This document shows positions 30,824 to 40,418 of a DNA stretch of 64,000 nucleotides, piece by piece; positions within the stretch are counted from its first letter, which is position 1, and each line of letters opens with the position of its first letter. Source of the DNA: Aureliella sp. (GTDB lineage Bacteria > Planctomycetota > Planctomycetia > Pirellulales > Pirellulaceae); contig OY829846.1 of NCBI GenBank assembly GCA_963691875.1, positions 448,001 to 512,000 on the forward strand, written 5' to 3'. The translations under genes were made by a program, and so were the position numbers. The notes under the pieces were generated by a model. It saw only the letters and a program-made list of their open reading frames with translations, made no database searches and had not been told where the DNA came from.

Positions 30824-33800
30824 TCAAGTGGTTTTCAAGAGGAAGTTCGTTGGCTCGAGGGGCTCACTCGTATTGACCTGATAGCCAATATTCACCCTTC
30901 CACTCGGTGCGACCGACGCGTTCCATGACAAAGCTCGAAGGCGGTATCGCGTACCCACATGGCTCACGATTTGTGCCCCCCAAATGTTGTCAATCTGATG
31001 AGGTGAATCGAATTCGAGTTCCCAACCATTCCACGAATGCTCACCGTTGTTGGTGATCACAATCGATGCGACGTAGCCTGTCCCCCACTGACTAGAAACA
31101 CTCCACGCGATATCACCACTCGATCCTGCGGAATCATTGTTCTGAATCGTCCCAATCGCCGAGTTATCAACCAACTTTGCATTGACAACCTGACTCAAGG
31201 CAAGCTCAAACGTTTCATCTGCTTCAAAGGCTGTATCACCCTTTACCAGCACCTCAATCGTCTTCTCCATTTCACCTGCCAGGAAAGTCAATGTCCCTTG
31301 GGTTGGTACGAAGTCCTCAGCAGCAACGGCTGTCACACCGACAGTTGAGTAATAAACCGAAGTGAGCCCGCCCTCGGGAACCGCTTTCGAAAGCTTGATA
31401 GTGAATGACAGTGCCTCGGTGCCAGCATCAGGTTCAACTATGGCAGAATCACTGACCGTCATTTCAATGGTGTCATCACCGGAGTCATCGTTTCCTCCCT
31501 CGCGCTGGCCGTTGATCGTAATATTACGCGGGCTGGTCACGACATTCCCTGGATTACCACTGAATCCGAGCGTCACACTCGCACCAGGCTGAACCTTACC
31601 ATTCCAGCTCTCATTTTTTACGACGTAATGTTGTCCGGAATGGTCTACCAACTTCGAACTCCAGAAGTGTGTCAGGTTGTGCTCCCAATCGAACTCAACC
31701 TCCCAACCATCCCACGCCTGATCCGTACGATTGGTCAGTTTCAATTGGCCGGTGAATCCGGTCCCCCAATCGTTGACAGTTCGATATTCAGCGGAGTTAT
31801 TAGAAGAACCTAAATCGTCATTCTTGATCGTGATGGTTGCCACACCCTTTGCGATCACAGCGTTCTGCGGCGATGAAAGTTCGACCGTCAGCGTCTCGTC
31901 ATTCTCCACGTTGACGTCACCATTGACGTTCAGTGTGATTACAGCCGACAGGTTTCCGGCAGGAATCGTCAAGGAACCCATTTTGCTTTCATAGTCAGAA
32001 CCCGCCAACGCTGATCCATCCTTGGTGGTGTAATTCACCGTGACATCTTCACTTGCCACTTTCGAAAGTGAAACAACCATTTCGGCATTTGATGCACCAG
32101 AGTCGCCCTCATCAAGACTGACATCGTCAACCGACAGAGTCGGGGCTGATTGGCCCACGTCGGCGGGTACTCCGTTGACATAGACATTGGATGGGGTGGT
32201 CGTGACATTCCCTGGGCTGCCACTCATGCCGATAATCACACTCTGACCGGGACCAACTTCTCCGTTCCAGAATTCGTTGTCGATCACGAAGCTACCCAAG
32301 CTGTTCTCGATCAGAAGAGCATTCCAGACTTGGCTGATTTCATGCGTCCAGTCAAACTCAAGTCGCCATCCGGACCACGCTTCATCTCCACGATTGGTCA
32401 ACGTGATCTCACCGTTAAAACCGCTACCCCAATCATCTGTAGTGCGATAAGTGAAGCCAGCAGGGACTGCGGTCTGATCGTTGTCTACGATAATGCCTTC
32501 AGCGTTTGCATCTGCTAAGGTTGCATTGAAGGCATTGGTCAAACTGATCTGGAATGACTCCATGTCTTCTTCAAGCAGGTCGCCGCTCACATCCACGTCG
32601 ATCGTCTGCTCAATCTGCCCTGCAGGGATGGTTAAAGTTCCCTTTACATCGGTGTAATCATCTGGTGCTACGGCAGAGCCTGCAGTCGTTGCGTAATCTA
32701 CCGTCACATCTTCCGAAGCAGCCTCCGACAGAGTTACCTTGAAGGACATCGGAGTTGTTCCAGTGTTACCCTCGGTCACACTAGCATCACTGACACTGAG
32801 TGTTGGCAACGAGGGCCCAGGATTGTCATCATCGACAATGGTGATCTTTGCACTTGCATCAGCCAACGAACCGTTAGCCGCATTTGTCAGATTGAAATAG
32901 AACAGCTCGTCTGGCTCAACCAGTGCATCAGGATTCACAAGAACCCGAATCTTTTTTTTGACTTCACCGGGAAGAAACGTCAGCGTTCCACTGGTCGCTG
33001 TATAGTCACTCTCTGAAACGGCGGTTCCATTAGCCGTGGTATAGTCTACTGTCGTCGTGTGCATCGATGCATCAGACAAGCTGACGGTCACGAAAGCGAC
33101 GGTCCAAGAGTCTCCGCCCGCATCTGCAAAATCTGACTGTATGGGTTCTAATGCATCCACTTTATGATCGTGGATAGTCTCCCAATCATCCTTGAGAATT
33201 CCGCCGGTGTCACCGGAATTCGGATTCCATGACCAGTAGGTCCAACTGATCCCCTCCTGCCCGTATTCGAGATCGTTCTCACCATCGCCATCAAGATCGC
33301 CTTTCAGGTATTCAACCATGGCATCGAACCACTGCTGGTCGCTGACGGTTTCAAGTTTGCTGCCGAACTCACCTACTAGGACTGGTGCAATTCCATTTCG
33401 GAAAAGGTAGCCCCAGTTCTCATCCCAGATTGCGGTGAGATTATCTGGATAAGCGGGGTCTGTGAAATAAGCCTGCTGATAGACGCTGGCGGGATAATCA
33501 TGGGCAGAATAGACAAGTTTATTTGCAACATCTAAACGTACCGGCGCATCACCAGCATTGGATAAATTCCCACCCCACCAGTAGGAACCGGAGGAAGCTA
33601 CTTCCACGCCTTCGACAATGATCAGCAAGTCTGGATTCACGGCCAGCACAGCATTGCCAGCCCTTTCGGCAGCCAGACGCCAATCATTGGCTGAATCGTC
33701 GCCCCACGTGGCTGGTCCGTGAGGCTCATTGTGCAAGTCGATTCCTACCACGGAGCTATTATTGGCATAACGCGTTGCCAACTGTGTGAGATGTTCGATC

Positions 33801-35434
33801 CAAACGGATTCCGGATACTCAGCGGAATACCAAAGCCCGGAGTCATTGGCACTATTCCCAGCCTCAGAGCGGTGATGGTCCAAAATCACTCGCATGCCAA
33901 GTTCATCAGCATGTGCCACGATCCGGTCCATGATTTCGAGTCCACTGAGTCCCTGCAGGTCAGGATTTTTGCTGAAGTCAATCCCATTGGGTGTACTTCC
34001 TGCATCGAAAAGTTCGTCACTGTATGGCAGCCGGATGGTATTGAATCCTTCAGCCTTCATCTGATTCATCATTTCGACATAACCTCTGCTCCACAGTCCA
34101 TGTGGAGCGAAATTGCGCGTCTCGAAGCCGAACCAGTTGACGCCTGCAAGACGCACAGATTGCCCCGATTCGTCAACGATCTGATTCCCAATAGTTGACA
34201 ATGCCCCTGTAGAAAAATTGCCTGCTGTACCTTCGGTTACCACAACATCCGACACTGAAATTGATGGCATCATGCCGTCCGTCCCACCGCCAGTGGTGAA
34301 TTGGCCAAGGGTTTGAGCAAATTCAAAAGGTTCCTGCGGCACGCCACTGCAGGTCAGTGAAAGTGATCCGAAAGTTTCGCAAGGGGCATCACGATTCGCC
34401 GACCACCCTGAAAGAAACCCCATTCCCACGTCATCTGCAAAGTCCAATAGTTTCTCCGCATCCTCCAGATAGAAGCGTTCCGACATGACATCATTCTGAC
34501 CGATCATCGGAGTGACACCGATAAGACTCCACAACTCCGAGTCGGTCACTGGAACACCTGCAGCATCGTAAACGCCACGCATCTGCTCAAACAGGCTTTC
34601 TGCTGCTTCAATGGCGTAGTCGCCCATCTGACCTTCTGGATTGGGAGCAGCTGAATCACCGTAATTCATGGCCATGATGTTGACCCCGCCTATATCAACG
34701 CCATGAAACAGAGCTGACTCCACCACATTCAAACCATCAGCAGTCAATCCGCTGGGCAACACGGGCAACGTGAACCAAACTTCCAATGGCTTGCCATCCA
34801 TGGCAGCCTGATCCTGTAGATTTCGAATTGCCTGAGAGCGGCGTTTAATCGAAGCCCCATCAGTTACCCAGAATCCTTCTACATCAAAGTCGATCCAGGT
34901 CAGATCATATTGTTCGATGACTGCCTGATAAGCTTGAGTCAAATCAGTCACATTTGGGATGGCCGATGCCAACGGAGTCCCTGCGGCACCTCCGAAAGAA
35001 ACCATCACCTCTCCTCCTAAATCCCGTAACGCATCGATCTGATCACCACGGTAATCGGAGTCGACGCTGTAGTAGCCTCCCCAACTGGGCTCACTTGTTG
35101 AGGGATCAGCGACAACAAATGCAAGCGAGACATACTTCACATCCTCCTCTCGTGCGAGTTCGACAAAGTCAAATGGTGGCCAAAGCGTTGCGTCGACGTA
35201 GGGAGCGAAAACCTGATCCGGTATATCGGCCCGCATGTCGGATCCGTGATTTGAACTACTAGCCGCAGCATTGAATCCCGATGTCAGTCCCGACGAACCA
35301 TCCATAACGTTTGGTGCGCACATCGTAATCCGTTCCTCAAGGGATTCGAGTTGCACCACGCGTTGCACATGACGAACGCGTTGCGGATGAATGGCACGAC
35401 GGAAGCCTAATAGCTCGCGAAAGAGAATCTGCAT
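30824..35434 (-). CDS. extracellular multidomain glycoside hydrolase: GH18 chitinase-like + GH5 endoglucanase-like + 4 Calx-beta + 3 CBM2
   Basis: LESLEERIT N-terminal motif. GH18 part: FAPYVD, SFGG, IDFDVEG (DxDxE), VNIMAMNYG and GVTPMIGQND. GH5 part: GVNWFGFET, GFNTIRLPY, HNEPH, YSAHDY, VGEFG and WSWNPNSGDTGG. CBM2 motifs DWGSGF...WNA and repeated Calx-beta motifs. ATG at 35434 preferred. Confidence 0.92.
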   Translation of the reverse strand: MQILFRELLGFRRAIHPQRVRHVQRVVQLESLEERITMCAPNVMDGSSGLTSGFNAAASSSNHGSDMRADIPDQVFAPYVDATLWPPFDFVELAREEDVKYVSLAFVVADPSTSEPSWGGYYSVDSDYRGDQIDALRDLGGEVMVSFGGAAGTPLASAIPNVTDLTQAYQAVIEQYDLTWIDFDVEGFWVTDGASIKRRSQAIRNLQDQAAMDGKPLEVWFTLPVLPSGLTADGLNVVESALFHGVDIGGVNIMAMNYGDSAAPNPEGQMGDYAIEAAESLFEQMRGVYDAAGVPVTDSELWSLIGVTPMIGQNDVMSERFYLEDAEKLLDFADDVGMGFLSGWSANRDAPCETFGSLSLTCSGVPQEPFEFAQTLGQFTTGGGTDGMMPSISVSDVVVTEGTAGNFSTGALSTIGNQIVDESGQSVRLAGVNWFGFETRNFAPHGLWSRGYVEMMNQMKAEGFNTIRLPYSDELFDAGSTPNGIDFSKNPDLQGLSGLEIMDRIVAHADELGMRVILDHHRSEAGNSANDSGLWYSAEYPESVWIEHLTQLATRYANNSSVVGIDLHNEPHGPATWGDDSANDWRLAAERAGNAVLAVNPDLLIIVEGVEVASSGSYWWGGNLSNAGDAPVRLDVANKLVYSAHDYPASVYQQAYFTDPAYPDNLTAIWDENWGYLFRNGIAPVLVGEFGSKLETVSDQQWFDAMVEYLKGDLDGDGENDLEYGQEGISWTYWSWNPNSGDTGGILKDDWETIHDHKVDALEPIQSDFADAGGDSWTVAFVTVSLSDASMHTTTVDYTTANGTAVSESDYTATSGTLTFLPGEVKKKIRVLVNPDALVEPDELFYFNLTNAANGSLADASAKITIVDDDNPGPSLPTLSVSDASVTEGNTGTTPMSFKVTLSEAASEDVTVDYATTAGSAVAPDDYTDVKGTLTIPAGQIEQTIDVDVSGDLLEEDMESFQISLTNAFNATLADANAEGIIVDNDQTAVPAGFTYRTTDDWGSGFNGEITLTNRGDEAWSGWRLEFDWTHEISQVWNALLIENSLGSFVIDNEFWNGEVGPGQSVIIGMSGSPGNVTTTPSNVYVNGVPADVGQSAPTLSVDDVSLDEGDSGASNAEMVVSLSKVASEDVTVNYTTKDGSALAGSDYESKMGSLTIPAGNLSAVITLNVNGDVNVENDETLTVELSSPQNAVIAKGVATITIKNDDLGSSNNSAEYRTVNDWGTGFTGQLKLTNRTDQAWDGWEVEFDWEHNLTHFWSSKLVDHSGQHYVVKNESWNGKVQPGASVTLGFSGNPGNVVTSPRNITINGQREGGNDDSGDDTIEMTVSDSAIVEPDAGTEALSFTIKLSKAVPEGGLTSVYYSTVGVTAVAAEDFVPTQGTLTFLAGEMEKTIEVLVKGDTAFEADETFELALSQVVNAKLVDNSAIGTIQNNDSAGSSGDIAWSVSSQWGTGYVASIVITNNGEHSWNGWELEFDSPHQIDNIWGAQIVSHVGTRYRLRALSWNASVAPSGRVNIGYQVNTSEPLEPTNFLLKTT

Positions 35435-35939
35435 GGTCTTGACCTTTGTAGAAAAGATTGGTTGGTCATGGGCAGCGACCCAAGTGAAGAGACCTTGAGT
35501 GTATGGCTGTTTTCCAGTGATACAAACTTTTTTACCGTGCAAGTGACCAAAGACCGCTTGGATTCAACCTTTGTGAGGCATTCGTGACATCGTCAATAGG
35601 GGGGCAGGCAGGACTCACCGCGCGCCTAAGCAAAAGTCAGATTGAACGTTAATTGATGGTGGAAAGAGTAGTTCGCTTCGGCGAGTAGCCAGCATTAACG
35701 GCTGGAATCGTAGCCGAAGCCTCCAGGCGTGGACGATTCGTGCAGCGAATTAGATGGAATGGCTATGGCGATGCATTCGATAGTAAACCCTGGCGTCAGT
35801 TGCGACTCTGCTGCTTTTCACGAGTAGCTTTCCAATACCTCGCCAAGACGCTCGTTGCATCGGATGTTGGGCAAATGAAATCGTATCCATGGGATGACGC
35901 AGTTCATACACTTCTAGTCCGTCAGCTGGGTTGGTCGCT

Positions 35940-36130
35940 CGTTTTTTAGCCCCTGAGGAAGACGCTTCAGGTAGTAGTGCTCACGAAACTCGGAACATAG
36001 CAGGTTCATGTGTTTCCCACCGAACACGATAAAGTGATTGGGCCATTCCTTTTTGATCGGTGAGACAAATCACTCGACTAAGGCAACGGTATTCGGCAAA
36101 CGAATGGTTGTACTCAAAGCCTCGATCTTT
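35940..36130 (-). mobile_element. integrase-core transposase fragment
   Basis: Minus strand reads NHFIVFGGKHMNLLCSEFREHYY, the C-terminal motif of the same rve family as 21.8 kb and 26 kb. Confidence 0.6.
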
Positions 36131-36302
36131 CTATTTTTGAATGCTTCGGGCAACGGTTGTAAATACTTACCGTAGTTGTAGTGCATCAGGATTTTGCAGA
36201 GTTTTGTTTCTGATTTACTGTGACCAAGGAACTACTCAGCTTGCTCGACCATCCACTCTTGCTCGCGTTTGTACGTCGCCGGAGCGGTGAACACGCATCC
36301 AG

Positions 36303-38566
36303 TTGGAGTGCTCCACAAAATTTGATGCGTGCATTGTCAAAGTATATCGGCCGCGGACGGCCACAGGAAACTTCGATGACAACGAGCCGAAAACGACGGA
36401 AACCGAAGCAGGTGGTGAAGCTGCTGCAAGAATGCGAAGCGATGCTGGCGACTAGCAAGTCGCTGGCCGCAGTTTATCAGAAGCTCTCGTTCACCGAATC
36501 AACCTGGGCGGGTTGCACGAGGCAATACGCAGGCATGAAGTCGGATGAAGCGAGGCTTCTACATGACCTCGAGATGAAGATCCAGAAATTCAAGGAGCGG
36601 CTTGCCGAGGCCGAATTGGAAACGCGGATCTTGAAAGAAGTTTTAGAGGTAAACTATTGAACCTGGCACGGCGTCTCAAGGCAGTCAGTCACGTTCAAAG
36701 GACCTTCGAGGTGCAGCAGCGTCGGCCCTGACGAACACAGGAGTAACCGTTGAGAAGCCAGCGTTACCAATCATCGAATAAGGATGATGGACCAGTTCTG
36801 ATCGCCAGAATCGTTCAATTGGCATCGCAGTTTTAGGTCACGGATATCGACAGATAACTCGGATGCTGCGTAGCGAGGGCTGGTAAGTCAACGCGAAACG
36901 AATCTACTGTCTATGGCATCCGCAGAGCTTGAAAGTACCGAAGAAAGATATGAAACGGCGGCGGCTAGAGCGCGTTTGATGCGATCGTAGCAGTATTCGC
37001 AGTGTGCATTGTAGTTTTAATACTTTGCCACGGTGAATTGATCTAGCAGTTTTCCGCACGCTCTCCATAGGGTTTCTCTGTCGCTGAGCTTCTCGCTCCG
37101 CAGCAGCCACTTGAAGTTTGAAAATGCATTCTCGATCGGATTCAAGTCGGGACTGTAAGGGGGAAGAAACATCAAGCTAGCGCCTGCAGCCTCGATTGCT
37201 GTCTTGGCTTCGAGCCGGCGGTGACTAGAGGGGTTGTCCAGCACGACGATGTCTCTCGCTGATAGTGTCAGTGCTAGAACTTTTCGAGCGTATGCAGCGA
37301 ACAAGTCCCCGTTGATTGCACCGTCAATCACCATCGGTGCGATTAAGCCGGTGCTTCTTAGTCCCGCGATGAAGGTCGTCGTCTGCCAATGATCGTGTGG
37401 AACTTTGGCAACCCGTCGAGTGCCTCTAAGGGAGCGACTTCGAGGTCTCGTCGCGTTGGTTTTTACCCGTGTTTCGTCGATAAAAACCAGTTTGTTGGCA
37501 TCTAGGCCCGCCTATTGTAATTGCCACCAAGCTCGCTTCACGCGTACGTCGGCTAGATCTTGTTCGCTGGCGTGAATTACTTTTTTTGAAACTAAGCTTC
37601 AGTGCTCTAAGGGCAACAAACAACATTGTACAGCTCAAGTGAGTGTTCAGTCACGCGATCAATTCCAAAAGCGTTTGATCGGGATGCTTCTCAGTCACCT
37701 CGATAATCTTATCCTTGAGCGAATGCCATTCTGGTATCCGATTGCGAGCCTTAAACGGCGCGGTTTTGACCAGCTCCCGATACTCCTGTTTGACTCCACG
37801 AATCCACAACTCACTGCACTTTAATCTCGGCGCAATCTGCCGCGTCACTTACCCGGCCGCAGCAGCGGCTAGAACCTCTAACGGCCGTTCTTGTGAAAAT
37901 GGCATGCCTTCCTCCTTGAGCTAAAACGTCCACCCAATTTTGGCAGGCTACCTATCTTGGCGTTATAGGAAAGCCAAACGCGCTCTAGTTTCGGTCGATG
38001 GCGGTATTGCTCGCCTGCAAGCCAGTCGAAAGATATACATTTGGTCGGTTGCTTAGATTCGATCGAACGGGGACCGGCCGTTCTTTGAGGATGCTTGTCG
38101 TCGTTGATGAATTGCGCGTGAATGCATCGTATTGGAAGCTGGTCGCTGATTTACAGGCGATCAGTTTGTCGAAGTGATCACGGATCTGCTAGCTATTCGC
38201 GGCGTTCACCGTTCTTCCTAAGTGACAATGGCCCGGGGTTCATGTCAGGGCCACCTTCCTTCATCGAAACAGACAGTTCCTGGCAGAAGGGATACGTGGA
38301 GATTTTCATGCTCGGTTTCTATACGAGGGCCTGAACTGCAAAGAGCTCACGAGCGTGTAGAAAGGATGTGACGTCATCGTGCACTGAAGTCAGTCAAACA
38401 ACCATCCACGCTCTCACCGTTCGCTTGATGGACTTACTTTGACCGTATTCGCGTCAATAACTTCTGCTTCAACTCCAGTCTCTGCGCACCTATCGTCAAA
38501 GCGACATTTAAGCAATTACCCAACTCGATTCTTCATAAACGTGTATCGAAGGATGGGGTCATTGCT
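36303..38566 (+). mobile_element. degenerate IS3-family element (orfA 36376..36660, broken orfB), interrupted by IS630
   Basis: Left end TGGAGTGCTCCACAAAATTTGATGCG. orfA RKRRKPKQVVKLLQE...YAGMKSDEARLL.DLE. orfB pieces GYRQI, LKVPKK..KRRRL, SDNGP and SWQKGYVE. Right end CGTGTATCGAAGGATGGGGTCATTGC. Confidence 0.82.
36966..37987 (-). mobile_element. IS630-family element (transposase pseudogene) inserted at TA within CTAG
   Basis: Perfect terminal IRs CTAGAGCGCGTTTG (36965) and CAAACGCGCTCTAG (37988). Transposase from ATG 37905 with FIDET, A7G frameshift site, WQTTTFIAGLR, VVLDN.SSH and FLPPYSPDLNPIE.AFS. Internal stops present. Confidence 0.92.
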
Positions 38567-38777
38567 ATCACATTGTTGCTGGTTTTCCAGGGTCAAATTG
38601 TAATTTCGCACAGACACGAAAACACAATTGGCTTTACTTAGTAGCATCAATTGAATTCGAGTATCTTTATTGTGAGCGCGACCTTTTATGCACCGCTATC
38701 ATGCGACTGGTATTAACTCACACGAGTTGTTGAAATGTTCGCAACACGCGATGGCGGTGTACGCTCCGATTCTTGCT

Positions 38778-39512
38778 TTAAGGAAGTGCGCCGATAAGTG
38801 CGTGGTGACTTAATTCTGCCAGTGGCTTTATCATGTCCATGGCATCTTTGCGAATCTCGTCGATCGATAACTCCCACCAGCGGCTGGCCAGAATCTGTTT
38901 GCGAGTTGCCTCACAAAAACGGAAACGAATAATCTTTGCCGGAACACCTCCGACGATCGCGAAATCTGGAACGTCTTTGGTAACAACTGAGCCAGCACCG
39001 ACAATCGCTCCGATACCGATCTTACGGCAACCGGGCGTTACCGTCGCACGCGCGCCCAGCCAACAATCGTGACCGATTTCCAGCGTGTGCCGTACTGACA
39101 GATCAGAGTCTACGACGCCAGCATTCGGATCATAGAAAAACGGGTGCGTCGAAAGCCATGCTGTTGGATGATTCGAATTGTAGACCCGAGTTTCGGGTCC
39201 CATGGAAACGTATCGACCTACCGTCACTTGCGGTGGAAAATGATGCGGAATGAAGCACGGTCCGTAACTGTAAGCTCCTATACTAATTTGATGGAACTCA
39301 GTCATGAGGTCTCTGGCTGTTTGCGAAAACATCGCTCCCTCGGCACGCAGAATTGCTGACATCATGGGTCGTGCCAACCGGCACCTGCGAGGAATCGTCA
39401 TACGTCCGTAAATTCTGCCGAGAGACCGGCCGCAAAGCGTGCTCCGCAAATCGCGTCCCTGTGATGATTTTAAATTATCTCTTTTCATGGTTGGATTGTT
39501 TACATCATGCAT
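38778..39512 (-). CDS. CatB/Vat-like hexapeptide O-acetyltransferase
   Basis: IGAYSYG, STHPFFY, IGHDCWLG, IGIGAIVGAGSVVTKDVPDFAIVGGVPAKIIRFRF and SRWWE. Confidence 0.88.
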   Translation of the reverse strand: MHDVNNPTMKRDNLKSSQGRDLRSTLCGRSLGRIYGRMTIPRRCRLARPMMSAILRAEGAMFSQTARDLMTEFHQISIGAYSYGPCFIPHHFPPQVTVGRYVSMGPETRVYNSNHPTAWLSTHPFFYDPNAGVVDSDLSVRHTLEIGHDCWLGARATVTPGCRKIGIGAIVGAGSVVTKDVPDFAIVGGVPAKIIRFRFCEATRKQILASRWWELSIDEIRKDAMDMIKPLAELSHHALIGALP

Positions 39513-39830
39513 TCATGCGTGCCCCCGAATACGTGAAGCGGTTTTGTAAAGTCAGGCTGATATTCTTGTCTGAAGATCACCAACAGCTTTGGGAACAATA
39601 AGCCTAAAAATGATAACTTTTACCAGTCATACATTTGTTTTTCTGTGGGGAGCCAGTCTTCTCCAATCTATTATTCCATCGGAGTCAGTCGAAGTTAGGG
39701 ACAATTACCTACTGGATCGTATAACTCAATTTTCAAGAATCCCAACTCCATAGCATGGTCAACATGGCCATTCTTTTCCAAAAGCAGCGTTCTTCTCAGC
39801 TAGAGGTGCGTAGTAGCTCTTTGATTTGGG

Positions 39831-40418
39831 TCATATTACCCGATCGGCTGAATTCTGATGCTTGCGAAAGATTAGAGCGGTGGCAAGACTGATAATTCCA
39901 ACCGCTGCCAACTCGAGTATGTGGCGTTATTTCGAACCTGTGAAAAGCTGGGCCAGCCAAGAGTTACCGTGGGCAAGAGAGAGTGCTCGTACCAGCACAA
40001 ACATCGTAAGTAAACCAAAACCCGCAGCGCCAAGACCGCTTTATTATACCGGTAATCGCAAAAAGCAGCGTTCCGCCGACAACAACAATAAGGAAAAAGA
40101 ACGCACGCTGATAGCTTCTCCACTCGTGACACCATCCGCCCTCTTTCGCTGAAATGCGACACACTTCGATTGCCTATGTTTGCAGATCAAGTTGCTTATT
40201 AATACCCAGTGGAAATATCACACATGATGCTGCGTACCAAAACCAGTAGAGCCGCACGCAGTTTATGTTGTCGCGATTGCCTCTTAGCAGCTCTTCGCAT
40301 TCAATACACAGCCAATGAAGGAGAGAAGATAAAATACCGTTATCGCCCAATCGATCGGCTCTGTGTCACCGAAATGAGGGCGATAAGGAGTATTAGATGC
40401 AGCCCGGAGAATCTGCAT
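39831..40418 (-). pseudogene. pseudogenised paralog of the NKQLD membrane protein at 59062..59670
   Basis: The ATG overlaps the upstream TGA (TGATG). Reads MQILRAASNTPYRPHFGD..PIDWAITVFY..SFIGCVLNA, GINKQLDLQT*AIEVCRISAKEGGW..EWRSYQ and GSK*RHILELAAV, collinear with the intact copy. Confidence 0.85.

Noticed and set aside
38778..39512. antibiotic-resistance (cat/vat) interpretation of the acetyltransferases
   Set aside because: The fold is shared, but the EPS cluster context favours polysaccharide O-acetylation.
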